Below are positions 26,272 through 41,689 of a DNA stretch of 64,000 nt, one piece after another. The stretch covers positions 622,826 through 686,825 of the forward strand of contig MU053561.1 of the NCBI GenBank assembly GCA_013239625.1, given 5' to 3'. Origin of the DNA: Lama guanicoe (lineage: Eukaryota). Numbering within the stretch: the stretch's first letter is position 1; each line of letters opens with the position of its first letter. A program made the position numbers and the translations under genes. Under the pieces are notes generated by a model. It was not told the origin of the DNA, did no database searches, and was given only the letters and a program-made list of their open reading frames with translations.

Positions 26272-26890
26272 GTTGCAAAGAGACATGCACCCCGATGTTC
26301 ATAGCAGCACTATATACTACAGCCAAGACATGGAAGCAACCTAAATGTCCATCGATAGAAGACTGGATAAAGAAGATCTGGTATATTTACACAATAGAAT
26401 ACTACTCAGCCATAAAAAAGAATAAAATAATGCCATCTGCAGCAACATGGATGGATCTGGAGACTGTCGTTCAAAGTGACGTAAGCCAGAAAGAGAAAGA
26501 AAAATGCCATATGATATCACTCATATGTGGAATTAAAAAAGAAAAGAAAAGAAAAAAGATGACACTAATGAACTTATCTATAAAACAGAAACAGACTCAT
26601 AGACATAGTGAACAAACTTATGGTTATAGCGTCGGGGGGAAAGGGGGTGGGAAGGGATAAATTGGGAGTTTAAGATTTGCAAATATTAACTACTTTATGT
26701 AAAATAGATTTTTTGAAAAATTTCTCCTGTATAGTACAGGGAACTGTATTCAGTATCTGGTGGTAACCTATAATGAAAAATAATATGAAAATGAATGTAT
26801 GTATGTGTATATATGACTGGGACATTATGCTGTGCACCAGAAATGGATACATTATAACTGACTATATTTCAACAAAATTTTTTAAAAACC
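26272..26890 (+). mobile_element. 5'-truncated L1 (ORF2 end + 3' UTR) with TSD
   Basis: [20 protein letters not shown] = L1 ORF2 C-terminus; TSD caggaattta at 26262-26271 and 26891-26900. Confidence 0.9.
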
Positions 26891-27898
26891 CAGGAATTTA
26901 ACTTAGGACCAAATGATGGATTTAACTGAAAGAGCTCTTATTAGATATCCTCAAAAGCAGAAATCAGCCACCCACAGACGAACAGGACAGCCATCTACCC
27001 AAGGGCCATGGATACGACATCAGGGCTTCCATCTCCTCTGAAGCCCCTGGGGAGTGGCACCGCCAGTAACATCATCACCTCAAATTAGCCCACAAAATAA
27101 ATGCCACCCTACGTACAGTTTGGATAAACACCCTGTACTTATTTCGTGCTTTTTATTTGGCACACAACTTTCAGTTTTCTGATTTCCTTTCACAGTACCT
27201 ATCTCATGAGATATGTACTCTGATTTTCACTTTACAGGCAAGGAAACTGAGGCTCAGAGAGAGTGAGGGACAGGTCCAAGTCCCACTTCTAGTGAAGACT
27301 CAAGCCTGCCCCCCTGCCTTCAAGCCTTGCTCACTTTCCCGTCACCCACACGCAGGACTGGCACTTTTCCACAGCAGAGTGAGGATAAGTCAATTTTAGT
27401 GAAATTAGCAATGGAGGCCGGAGGAGAGCGAGAGAGAAATTCAGAGTGAAAAACTCAAGGCTGGAAAATTGCCTTCCTGGGTGACAGCTTGGAAGAAACA
27501 TCTGCTCTCCTTAAGCATGTACCAGATTAGCTCTGCCCCAGCCCCTTCCCACGGTTAGGCAGCTCCCAAAAGGCCACCAAGTGGGAGAAAGGCAGAGGAA
27601 TTAGCTGTTTAATTTTCTGATTGTGTCCCCATCTCTGCTTTCCTCCCCTCTTCCTCTGCCTCCCCTTTAAGGCTAACTTCAGCAGACTGGCTCCAAGGAC
27701 TTGATGTGTGGAGGAGGGAGAAGTCCAAAGCCCAGTGCTGAAGAGCGCTTATCCCATTAGTCTGTAGGGATGCAGACAGACCAGCAGAGGGCACTGTGGA
27801 TGCCTCAGTGGTGGAGCCACAGCTCCCTCCCTCTCCAAGGCTCCCTGGACTTCCTGTGTTTTGCAGAGATGGAATATGTAGTTGCTGCTGTAGTGTGA

Positions 27899-30093
<2,195 letters not shown>

Positions 30094-30235
30094 AAGAACC
30101 AGGAAGAGAGGTCTCCCCAGGACTTGAATCTACCTTGATTTCAGACCTCCAGATTCCAGAACCCTGCGAAATACGTTTCTGATGTTTTTAAGCTACCCAG
30201 CCTGTGATGTTTTGTTATAGCAGCCTGAAGGGACT
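30094..30235 (+). mobile_element. MLT1A-type LTR, 3' part
   Basis: ccttgatttcagacctccag...ccagaac...taagctacccagcctgtgatgttttgttatagcagcctgaagggact continues the LTR after the second TSD. Confidence 0.8.
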
Positions 30236-30728
30236 GTATTTTTCTGTACCTGTATTCTTATCTTAAAAAAAAAAATACTATAACCCATCCCAGAGCGTTG
30301 TAATGAGGAGCAAATGAGTTGACCCAGTAAAACACATAGCACAGTGCCTGGTACAGAAAGAGCACGGTGAGCATTCTCTGATACTATCTTTACAGAGGCC
30401 CCTGCCCACCCACGACAGCACCTGATTTGTCACATATGGGAACTGGTCCTCTAGACTGAGAGTCGCCCTCTCTGGGCTTAACTTGTCACACTGCAAGTAT
30501 GGCTGCCATGCAGGGGTCACAAACAGCTGATGCTGATCATTTGTGAATTTGTTTTCTTCAAGTCAGAGACACTGCTGAAGCAGAGGGGAGAGGAGGTAGG
30601 ACGTTTGCAGAGGTCAGGGGAGACGGAAGGAGAACGGAGCGACAGGTTCAGTCCAGGAAACAGGCTGGGGAGGGGGCTCTGTGTGGGGAGGTGGTCCTCT
30701 GGGCATCCAGGGACCTGAGTTCACTTAC

Positions 30729-30873
30729 TAGAAAATTCCTCTCGAACTTCTGATTTGAAGACTTTGTCTAGGAGCCGAATCTCCTGCAGATCCTTCTCCT
30801 CCACCAATAAGCGGACGATCCTCTGACCCACAAAGCCTCCTCCTCCTGTCACAAGGCAGCTCCACCCAGACAT
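30729..30873 (-). CDS. HSD3B1: 3-beta-HSD first coding exon (145 nt coding; exon begins 30948)
   Basis: gcc[31 protein letters not shown] (Rossmann TGxxGxxG), Asp36 NAD+ determinant; donor TCTA|gtaagt; total CDS 1122 nt = 373 aa. Confidence 0.95.
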
Positions 30874-31079
30874 GGCCAAACCTGAGCTCTGAGAAACACT
30901 TGCCAGGAACCAGAAGACCCTGGGGAGCAGACTGGATGAGAAGCGACCCTGGAGAGGGCCAAAGAGAGAGGACAGGTGATGACGTGCTCACAGAAACCCA
31001 TTGTGCTCCTTCCATTCCACTTTTGCAAAAGTCCCACGCACCTCCCGGGACAGCTGAAAGAAAACGGAAGAGCTCTAAC

Positions 31080-31130
31080 CTGTCAGACTGTCGAAAGCCA
31101 GATGAAAGAGCCTGGGTCCTGGTCTCTGGA
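31080..31130 (-). other. HSD3B1: Non-coding exon 1 of HSD3B
   Basis: Donor GACAG|gttaga at 31080/31079 gives a 131-nt intron to acceptor ctctccag| at 30949/30948; TATA box ~25-30 nt upstream. Confidence 0.7.
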
Positions 31131-31153
31131 TCTCCTATGGGCAGGACTGGACG

Positions 31154-31310
31154 TTTATACACTGTTGCTCTGACTCAGCACTTTTCACCTTGAACTGCCT
31201 CTGCATACTCACTGCTCATCCCTCCCACTTCTTAAGCAAAGCCTGTCAACCTCTAACATGTATCTCTTCTTCTCCCAACACACAGGAAGAGAAAGCCAGC
31301 TTCAAGGCCA
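31154..31310 (-). promoter_or_regulatory. HSD3B1: HSD3B proximal promoter: TATAAA (31154-31159), AP-1 TGAGTCA (31171-31177), SF-1/NR5A sites TCAAGGTGA (31185-31193, -) and TCAAGGCCA (31302-31310, +)
   Basis: Exact motif matches at steroidogenic-promoter spacing. Confidence 0.75.
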
Positions 31311-31881
31311 CAGCGTGACAAAGATTCTTGGTTTACCCTTCACTTAAGGACACCTGGCAGTCAGTGTCAGCTGTGTGAGATCCACCATCTATGAACTTAA
31401 AATAGATGGGGAGAAATCTCCCCGGTGCAGAGCGAATTGTTACCTTTTCACTAAATACATCTGGGGCTGGGAGGTGGGGCGGGGTAGGAATCCACTGGAG
31501 TCCAGTTTCTCCTCAGAGTGGTGTCTGAAGCGCTGTTGCTGTTTTGCAAAGTTTAGAAACTTGCTGTCATGGCAGCTCCAGTCACTAAGTTCTATAGAAG
31601 ATGACTTTCCAATCCAATACACCCGGAACCTCAATTTCTCTTCCCCCTTGGGGAGCTCTGGCTTTCCTCACTGAACAGAGGCTAGCTAGTGATAACCACC
31701 AAGTTCTACGACATGTATAACACAGCAGGTGTATGGCTGTTTACAGAACTGAGCCCATCTTAGGCCCTTACAGTTTCTCCTATCCTTTTGTTGACCCTAC
31801 CCAGGACTGTACTGTGCAGCACTTCTGTGTCATCAAGGGCTTTGTAATCAATATCAATAGATACAGTTTTATAATCATTGA

Positions 31882-32000
31882 GGGGGAGGGTATAGCTCAG
31901 TGGTAGAGTGCCTGCCTAGCATGCACAATGTCCTGGGTTCAAACCCCAGCACCTCCATTTAAGTAAATAAGTTTAAAAAAAGTACCCCCCCCCAAATAAC
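31882..32000 (+). mobile_element. tRNA-derived SINE (Vic-1-like)
   Basis: ggggagggtatagctcagtggtagag...gggttcaaaccccag; short flanking repeat aatcatt. Confidence 0.85.
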
Positions 32001-32519
32001 AATCATTAGGGCCTGGTGGCCTCTGTGATCTGTTAGTCCCCAAACAATGATGAAAACTGATGTGTGCCTGGTACCCACGAGACTAGTTACCTGTTCATAA
32101 ATGTTAACCTAGGAATGCACATCCTGTTTCGAAGCACCCATCCTCATGCCCTAGGTTAGCTATAAAATTGTCCCAGCGCCCCCCCCCCAACCCTCCACAG
32201 TGTGGAGTGTGGCTGTGAATGCATCTGGATCACTGTCCATTAACTCCCACCCTGGGAGTAGGTCACGCTCTCATCAGCTGATCCATAGGTTATGTGGAGC
32301 TGCCTGCCTTGTTATTCATTCTCAAGATGCCTTTTCAGATAGGGATCTGTAGCTGTGGGCCACAGTGGCTTTAAACGTAGATGTTTGTACTCACCCCACA
32401 GTTTAGTTGTAAAACCACCCTCAGCGGATTCCTGAGCTGCAGATGCTGTAGATGCTTCAGATGCCTATGACCCAGAGATGCCCAAATACCACTGCTTCTC
32501 AAGATACTGTCTTTCTTCT

Positions 32520-33200
32520 GCTTATAAAAATTGAGGTGTAATTTACATGCATTAAAATGTTCGGATCTTAAGTGTTAGTTCGACGAACCTTGACATCGTG
32601 TACATAGAGTTGTACACTATATGGTCTTTGGCATCTGACTTCTTTTACTTATCATAATATACTTTTGAGGTTCATCTGTGTTGTACAGTGTATCAGTATT
32701 TCATTCCTTTTAGGTACTGAATACTATTTCATTGTATGGATAGCCCATATTTTGTTTGTTCATTCGCCAGTTGGTAGTTGGAATGGTTCCACTTTTTGCA
32801 CTCTTACAGATAAAGCTGTTATGAATATTCACATACGACTGTTTGTGTGGACATATGCTTTCATTTCTCTCGGGTAGATAGCTAGGAGTGAAATTGTTGG
32901 GTCATATGGTAAACTTATTTTTAACTTAAGAAGCTGCCAAACTGTTTTTCAAAGTGGCTGCACTTCCTGCCAGTAAGAAGTGAATGTTTGAGTTTTTTCA
33001 CCTCATTGTTTCTTCATATTATCCAATGGACATTGTCAAGCTTTCTTATGATTCTATTGGATAAGAAGTAGTGTCTCATCATGGTTTTGATTTGCATTTC
33101 TCTCATGACCAGTGATGCTGAGCATCTTTTCATATGCTTATTAAACATTCCTATACCTTTTAGACGAAATATCTAAGTGAATCTTTTGCCCATTTTTAGT
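32520..33200 (-). mobile_element. Old L1M 3'-end fragment
   Basis: aaattgaggtgtaatttacatgc..., gctgttatgaatattc..., gatgctgagcatcttttcatatgcttatt. Confidence 0.75.
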
Positions 33201-33279
33201 TTCACTTATGTATGTATGTATATATGTATGTATGCATGTATGTATGCATGCATCTATTTAATGGAGGTCCTGGGGATTG

Positions 33280-33900
33280 GACTGTGAACTTTACCAGTGC
33301 TTCTGTGTTTCCCCACCTCCCACCTTATGTGGGACAGCATGGCTAGAGGGGCTGGACTTGGGTATTTCCCATCTCCTGGGTGGGTCAGGCTCTAATGAAA
33401 CCCTAGTAGGTGAGGGTCTAGTAAAACAGGTTCTCTTGAGGGCAGGCCTTGTCAAGAACAGAATGCTCTGGCATATTTCAAAATGGTTACTTTCTCCTCC
33501 CCTCTTTGGAAGCTTCAGGGAATTTTTCTCTGATATTCACTGTGAAAACCTAGTAGACTTCCTGTAGTTAAAACAAAATATGGGGGCGTCCCCTGACTGG
33601 GCCTCCCTGCAGTTTTGAGCTCTCAGACTTGTCCACGCTGCTCCTCCAGCAATTCATCAATTACAGTTCAGGTTCTCTGACCCTGGTGCTGGTTTTCATG
33701 GAGGTTCCTACTCAGATAAACTATGATTCTTTGTATCTTCCTATCTCTCCAGTTTTGGGGGCAGTGGTGTGCCCTGTGACCTCACTTTTCTGAGCAATCT
33801 AGAGGAGTTGTTGACTTTTGAGTTTTTCCCACTGTTTACTTGCTGTGGACTGGCAATTTCCAAGCTCCTTACATCCTGGATTGGGAATCAGAAGCCCCCC
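33280..33900 (-). mobile_element. Old interspersed repeat, probably L1M 5'-region fragment
   Basis: aagaacagaatgctctggcatatttcaaaatggttac... resembles ancient L1MC/MD-type 5' sequence (from memory). Confidence 0.45.
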
Positions 33901-36102
33901 CCCATCATTTAATTTTCACAACTAGACGCCAAGAATATCGGTATTATTATTAGTAGATGAAGAAAAAGATGCATTGAATCTTGCCAGATATCTTGAGAAC
34001 AGTGCAGTCAGAATCTGAGCCCAGACAGCCCGACTGCGGGCTGACTCCAAGGCTGATCTTCTTTATCAGAATACAGTGCTTATCTTTGAGATACCGTGTT
34101 CTGTTCAGCTGTTGAAACTTTCCAGTGGGGAAAAGTTTCTCTGCCTTCTTTACCCATGCATTCTAATGCAGGACATTTTCAGGGGCCAAGAAATCCCTTC
34201 TGAGGTTTACTATGTATCTCTTCATGTGACCCTGGATGTTCCCTGTCCGGACTTCTGAGGCGATGAGAACAGCCTTTTGGCACTGACTTTATAACATGCT
34301 TGCTTATTGCCCCTGGAATTTTGGAGCTAGCCCACTGAGTCTGGAAGGAAAAGCAACTTAAAAAACAATGCACACATCTGTCCAGGACCAAAAAAAAAAA
34401 AGTACAGTTATCGCCAAGGTAGATGTTTACAGGGAGAATTTGTACGAGACTTTCTTGTAAAGTGAGCTAACCCCATTATCTGCATACCAAATTTCCTTAC
34501 CATCATATTGTATCGTGATTTGTTTCTTTCCTCCCCAAACCAATCTGGAATGACTGAATCAAGCCCCATCTGATGATCTCAGGGCTGAAGAGACAACCTG
34601 GCCATCATGCCTACTTAGACATTCCTATAATAAGTAGGGTTATTTCAGAGAAATTTGAGGAATTGTGTAGCATGTTCATCAGCCAGTTAGATCATCTGAG
34701 AATGGAGGAAAAGATTTGGTTTATGAGATTGCAGTGGGGTGGTTAGAGAGGTGGATGTTATCCCACCAATGATCTCTCTGGTTTCAAACCTTATTTTCAA
34801 GGCTGCTTATTGATTCTTTTGCAGCACAAAGGATAATTCAGTACTGAGATATTCTCATCTTGTTTCTGCCATGAAAGAGCAATGAGACCAAAGTTAACTT
34901 AACACAAATGGAAAGAGGCTTCAGCAGGGGGCATCTGAGGCAGAGTGCTGTGGGCTAGAAGTCAAATTCCAGAGACCGAAGTTCTAGAAAGTGCGCCAAG
35001 CCCCAGTGTATGTGATGCTGTGTCCTGGGACGGGGGTCTAAGAGGGCTGAGGACCAGGGCAAAGGAGAGCCAAGTCTCTCTAGGAGCTGTCACCTGCAGC
35101 ATGAAGTGCCTGGGTTGTGCGGTTCTCCCGTGAGTCTGCCCCCTGTCAGAGTCCATGTTCTTGAGGACCCCTGGGTAAGAGGATATTTCTCAGACTTAAA
35201 TCTCTTCGCTTGGTTTAACTCTTTAGTGCTTTATTGAGAAAGTCTACGTCTGTCTAGTAAAACTGTCCAACGATCCAGTATGACTGAAATAAAGATCTCT
35301 CCTTTCTCATGTATTGGTGAAGGTCTGGTATAGTCTATTTTAACTTGTTTCCAGAGTCCTTGAATCTCGTCTCAAACTCTCTTTTTGCGACTTCTCCTGG
35401 AGGTCAGTGTACTACACAGAAGAGGCATTCCTTAATGGGCCATAAGGTCTTGTAGCATCCTAAGTTACAAAAAAATATTATTTTAAGCTTTTATTTGCTT
35501 TTCTGTTCTCTCATGTCTCTGTGAACTACAGTAAAAAAGTTTCCCAAGATTCCTTGCAGCAGCACATGAGTTGGGGTACCCCAGGACCACCGCTGCCCCA
35601 CATCCCTTTTTGATCCTTTGAAACTCCATCTCTTCCAAGGCACATGTTGCTGCTGTAATCAGTGTGTTGAGGGTCTCCTTCAAACCCGAGGTCGTTTAGC
35701 CCCCCGTCCCACCATGCAACTTTGACATCTCTATCAGCCAGGGAGTTATCCCTAGACATGGCACTTCCTTCAAATGTTCCTAAACTTTAAGCACCAGCAC
35801 TCCATCCTTGCTACCAAATTAAAACTCCTTCTTGGCCTCAAATTGACTATCAGCCCAACAATGAAGGAGCTAATTTTAACTTTTCACTGAATAAAAACGT
35901 TAGACTCTAAGAGAAAGGTCATGGGCAATTCTCCTTTGCCTTTTATTAACTCATTAACAGTGACATCTCACTCAGCCTCCTGGGCCTCCTTCCAAAGATC
36001 ACAGCCTTATGAAGTATCTACTACCTTTTAAGCATCCTAACTACAGTAGCTTCACCTTCCTTCTTCCCTCTAGTTGGTCTATCCTGCCCGTCTGATAGTT
36101 AG

Positions 36103-36247
36103 GGAGTATGATTTTGGCCAGGGAATATTTTATATGGATAGATCTTCTGTCCAGAGTGCAAATTTCCATAGTTATTTCATAAAGGTATAGAGGGTGTGCA
36201 AAAAAATATAGCTGCTGCAATCATTACTGATCTGCCCTTTTAAGATC
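36103..36247. repeat. Diverged direct duplicate of 38100-38252
   Basis: Collinear shared blocks ggagtatga / ggaatattttatatg / tctgtc..agagtg / atttcca / gcaaaaaaat / tcatta.tgat.tgcc.ttttaagatc. Confidence 0.75.
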
Positions 36248-36739
36248 TTTTATTCAGAGAACCATCAAAGGAGTTGATTATTTGGGAATCTGAGTATTCA
36301 CTTCCTTTGTATTCTGGGTTCTGAATACCCCCAGCGTAGGCAAACAGGACTAATACCACTATACTTTATTTTTCCTTTCCAAATATGTAGGCGACATATG
36401 TGCATATATTTGGGTTAGGCAAGTGGCTATAGCATTAAGAGTGATAACCAGGGAGGTCACTGCAGGACTGCCTTGACTTTCAGTGTTTCCCGTGCTGTCT
36501 GATGTTCCTTGACCAGGCCCTTGGTTATGTGATGTAAGCTGGGCGAACGTGGAACTGTACTTGGCATGGGTTCAGGCAGAAGAGTGTCCAGCCCAGGAAT
36601 GACAGGACACTTGATGTCTGTTGGCTTAGGTAGTGACCAGTCCAGCCTGGCTGTGTCTTAACTCACTGTTTTCCCTCCGGGACGGCTGCACTTCTCCAGA
36701 TGTGGCAATGCAGTTTGACCCACCTTTGTCTTTTCGGAT

Positions 36740-37400
36740 TATGTCACTGAACAAATATTTACTCAAAGCGTTCATGGGGTTGGGCATGGTTCTGTGCTCT
36801 GGGAATGAAGGGGAGAGCACAACTGACGAAGGTTCCGTGCTGGTGCAGATGCACGATGAACAGATAAACAAAGGATAAGTTAATTGCCAATTGTAGTAAG
36901 TACTGCAGTGACAAAGGGGAAAACAGGTTGCTGTGATGAGTCAGGTAGAGCCCATTCTAGATAGGATGGTCAGGGGACTCTCACCTCCCCGCGGAGGTCA
37001 CATTTACGCCGAGATCTGAATGTCAAGAAAGAGCCAATCACAGGCAGAAGGTAGGGAAGGACATTTTATGCAGAGGGAACAGTTAAGTGTGGAAGTCCAG
37101 AGGCAAGAAAGAGTTTTGCTTGTTTAAGAAACAGAAAGGAGGAGTATGGCTGGGCGTAGTGAGCGAAGGAGAGAGAGAGTGATAAAGAAATGAGTTGGGA
37201 GGGTGACACCGTGCCCCGGAGGGCTGATCATCGGTTTAGAACTTGGGCTAAATGGAGTGGGAAGCCATAGACAGGCTTTAAACAGGTGAGATGTAGGATT
37301 TGCTTATACTTAAACAAAATCTGATAGCTGCATGGAAAAACAGAACGTAACAAGGAGCAAGAGAGAACACCTGGAAACCAGTTATGATGTTACTTATTTA
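36740..37400 (+). mobile_element. Degraded L2 LINE fragment
   Basis: ctgaacaaatatttactcaaagcg..., gagatctgaatgtcaagaaagagcc..., gcagagggaacag typical of L2. Confidence 0.6.
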
Positions 37401-38477
37401 GGACACTGATTTCTATCCCTAACTTTCTTGCTGTCTGTAAGTGTGAGAGCTTACTCAGCTGGGTGTTTCTGCTCTAGGAGTCTATTTTCGCTGACTGGTC
37501 TGGGGAGTTTTTCTGCTGGTAGGGTATTTATTCATTTTTCCACCTCTCCTTTCACTCCGTTCACTCACTTCAGTCCATCCATCCACCCATCGTCCCACAG
37601 AAGTTTACTGAGATGCCATTGCATGTCAACCCCAGAACCAAGTATACAGTTTCTTGCTCAGAGTCACGTATAGTCTATTTGTGGAGTGAGAGATGTGAAA
37701 AATTCAATCAATCAGCAAAACCACATTATATTAAGGGTTGTAATAGTTTAATGTGCAAAGTACAACAGGAAGCCCTTGGGAAGCAGGCAGGGTAAGAATA
37801 GGTGACCTTTGAACAAGGTCTGGAAAGATGAATAGCAACCTGCCAAATAATAAAAGCTACTGTTCCTTAAACGTATCAGGCGCTAAGCATTGTGCTCTGA
37901 ACGTTATGTACATTATCTCACTTAATCTCTCTCTCATCGTAGCAAGCTGGGTAGCATAATCCCCATTTTATAGACAAGGACATGGAAGCACAGAGAGACT
38001 GGAAAACTTGCCCAAGTCAAAAGTTTGACTGTTAATCCTGTCTGTATGGCTCCAAAGCCTATGTTTCTACCTCTATTATTTCCTTATTATCTGCAGATAG
38101 GAGTATGAGTTCTGTTGGGGAATATTTTATATGCAGTGCTCATCTGTCGAGAGTGTAGATTTCCACTGTTGTCTCATAGAAACGTATAAGACAGGCAAAA
38201 AAATTGAATCCACTAGCTATTTCAGTCATTATTGATTTGCCTTTTTAAGATCATGTCTTTTGGAGGAGGATTTTAGGCAAGAGAACAGCCAGGCAGTGAG
38301 GCAGAGCAGGGCACATTTGAGGAGAATGAAGGATTGGCGCGGAGTGGTCAAGGGTGCAGGGAATGAACCACTGGACAGGATGGGGCCGAGGCAGGGTAGC
38401 ATCACACGTCACACTATGATTCTGACTTCCTCCTCTGGGCAAGCTCAGCCATCAGTCAGGTCATTCACTCTCTTTCT

Positions 38478-38533
38478 TTACAACCTGGAGAACTGGATCA
38501 GGTCCCGATTGATCTCAGCAACTGACCGGCAGC
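38478..38533 (-). CDS. HAO2: HAO2 last coding exon (56 nt), ends in PTS1 -SRL
   Basis: ttttag|GCTGCCGG: (G)CRSVAEINRDLIQFSRL-TAA. Confidence 0.93.
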
Positions 38534-40529
38534 CTAAAAGAACAACATAGTTTAAAAGCTCATTTCTCTAAAACACCAGTTGCCCACCCCATTGTGGGTA
38601 TGGGATGGTCCAGTGCGAACAAGCCTGACTTGATCTTTGTTCTCACCCTGATAAAATGTTATGTACACTGGATGTACCATGTAAATTTGATCACACTGGG
38701 AATTATTTTGTGAGCCTATGCTGGGTTCTCTTTTAAAACAGCCATGTCAAAATGGCATGATAAAAACGTAAAAGCAGTATTGCAGCATGTTGAAAAATCA
38801 ATTTGTCTGCAGTAGATATACTTGGCCTTTATCTCAGTCCTGATAAGGCTTAAGGACATAGGAAGTCTCTGTCAGGGAGGAATATGACTCAGGGATAGTA
38901 TATGACATAGGGTGAGTATTGCATCCACAACCACCCTCTAAGGGAAAGTTGTAAAACAGAACTCTTTTCTTTAGTGGAGGACCTTAATTAAAAAGCAAAA
39001 TTAGGGCTAGAGATTAGACTGAAATTAGACACAGGAACTGAAGACAGTAACTCCAGATAAGAAGTAAAAAGAGACGGCAGAAAATGATAATATGAGCTGG
39101 AGAATTGTGGGCTCAAGATGACAGTGGAAAATCACTGGTGATTAGAAGGCTGAAAGAATTTAATAAGAGGCTATGTCCTGTTTTGCTTGAAGTTCTCATC
39201 CACATCTGTGAGGTATGCACCTTCACCTCCCAAAACATAACTAGCAAAACGTAGTACTCACAAAAATATAACTAATGCGGGTGTCCTTTCCTGAAAATGG
39301 AAGCAGAGAGAAGAGTTGAGTTCCATGCCTGTGTTGATTATAGTGGACGGAAATGACAAGCAGGGGGTAGAAACATAACCTGTAATTGACCTAATTCAGC
39401 AGAAGAAGGAATTCAGAGCCAGAGATGCTCTCGTCAGAACTGACAATGATCTTGAGAGCTCTGGGCTTCTACAGAGCAGAGAACAGAGCAGCTTCAGAGC
39501 CGGCAGGCCTCCTCGAGGAGCACAGAGATGCCAAAATATAAACTCTGGTTACGTGTTATCATAGAAATAATATTTCAGCTGTATAAAAGTCTCAAGGGTT
39601 GCAGCAGAGTGTTGTGATTCCATTTGGAGGCAACTTGAAGCATCCATTCACATATAAGCCCTGGTGATATCTGTGTATTGTTCTGTGTATCAGTGTAAGC
39701 TCATCAGACTGGGTCCCACGTTGTACCAGGAACACCATCTCGCTCTTGGTAGAGGTTTCATAGAAGGTTAAGAGCAAATGCAGAATTACAGTGTACTCCT
39801 GCTTTTTCATTACAGTAAATAAGGAGGCTGTTCACACTAAAATACATTGGCTAATTTAACGTGAAGTGGGTGCTTCTAAGCAATAAACCTCCAGAAGATT
39901 CACAGTCTCTGATTCAGTCCCCTGCCCTTACAAGGGAGGAAACCTGAGTGAGGGCTGTGCAGACTTGTGTGGGTATGAGTTATACGTGCACGTGTTTTTT
40001 TTCTTTCAAGACAAATCAGGATTTTAACCTTTCTATAAATGTAATTTCAGCAATAGGTTTCACAGTTAGAAAAGCGTTATTTTTATGCTGATTTTGTTTT
40101 TATCTATAGTGCAAATAGGGTTCTCCTCCTGGGGCTGTGATGACACAGCATCTTAAGGGAAAAGCAGCACATATTTCTGGGGGAATTGGGGAAGAAAATC
40201 ATGTTGACTGGTCACCTCCTGGTTGCGGACTCTGTATCAGATGTCTTACGTGCATTGTGCTGGGAAGAGCTAAGGGGTAACAGAATCTCTGGGGTTTCAT
40301 AATACGATTCTGTATTCTAGTGCATTCCACCAAAAGCACAGGCCTCCATCTGAGACCCTCCTCTCCCCAGAGACTCACCTGGGGAGAGGGGGGGGTCTCT
40401 CCTGGAGAGGGAAATTACACAGAGGATGCTGAAGGATGCTTTTCAGCCTAGGTTTTCTATTCTTTCTCTTCTTCCTCAGACCCTCTTCTCCATCCCACAT
40501 TTGTTTGTTGATTACTGATTTTTCTATAT

Positions 40530-40701
40530 ATTAAAAAATTTTTTAACAAATATTTTTATACAATTTATTTTATTTGTTTACTTTGAAATTTTTGAAGGGG
40601 GAGGTAATTAAGTTTATTCATTTATTTTTTAACTGGGGATTGAACCCAGGACCTTGTGCATGCTAAGTACACACTCTACCACTGAGCTATGCCCTCCCCC
40701 C
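40530..40701 (-). mobile_element. tRNA-derived SINE (Vic-1-like)
   Basis: ggggattgaacccaggacc...accactgagctatgccctccccc with A/T-rich tail and imperfect TSD ttctata. Confidence 0.85.
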
Positions 40702-41689
40702 AATTCTTCTATACATTTGAAACAATACATTTTTATTGTAGACCAATTAGAAGAAAAGGAATATAAAAAGTCAGGCATAAAAGTGCTCACCACCCTGTTT
40801 TTACTTTCTTTTTTCCCTGTCCCCTTTTAAAAAGGGTGCTTTCCATGCTCTAATTCAGAAAAAGATTTCCCAGCCACCACTTATGCCCCAAAGGTTGGTC
40901 AGTATAAACTTTTGGTGGAATAAAAAAGCTTTGCTATTGCAAGTTCCCCCTTCTGGTAAAGAAGTTTAGACAGCATTTTACAAGGATGGGAGAAAATATT
41001 TGGGGGCACAGGAGAAGTCATCTCAATCTCCTGGGATCTGCAAAAGCCTATAGGTCTTCCCATCTCTCTCCCTGCTCCCTCTCAGGGGCAAAAGACACCA
41101 AGATGATATCTGTTCACACTTGTGCTCTCCCCTCCCTCATGGGAGGGACTTGGTGACATTGAGTCATTTACTGACTTACATCATAGGCTTTGTAGTAGGG
41201 CTCTGGCCCCAAACCCTCGTGGTCCTTGATGCCTTAATCTATTTCCCCTTCTTTCTATGAATCTGCTCGGTGGAAAGGAGGCTGGTCCTGGTGTTAATGC
41301 TGATCTAAGTTTTCTAGCTTGTGCTACTCGAGCCCAAAAGGTTGAGTCCGCAGCCCCAGTGGACGCTATGCAACTTGGACACTGGGTACAAGATTCTTGT
41401 CCAAATATCAGATCAAACCAGACTGGAAAAGACCTGGATGCCCTGTGCCGGGCACATGGCAGATGCTCGGTGACATCCGCAGAAATACGGCATGAAAGTG
41501 CCCTTGATTCCACTTTAGAGCTCTTGGTTCATTATTTCCTCACTTCTGCAGAAGATTTCTGTTATTACCAAACTTTAGGATTGATGTGTGAAGGGCGGCA
41601 TTATCGGAGTACACCTTGTCTGTCTCTCACATTGCCATCAATTATCACCAACAGCAGACAATGACAGTCAAAGGCAGAGAGAGCTACTG

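Noticed and set aside
26295..26660. 121-aa ORF MFIAALYTTAK...
   Set aside because: C-terminal remnant of L1 ORF2 in a 5'-truncated element
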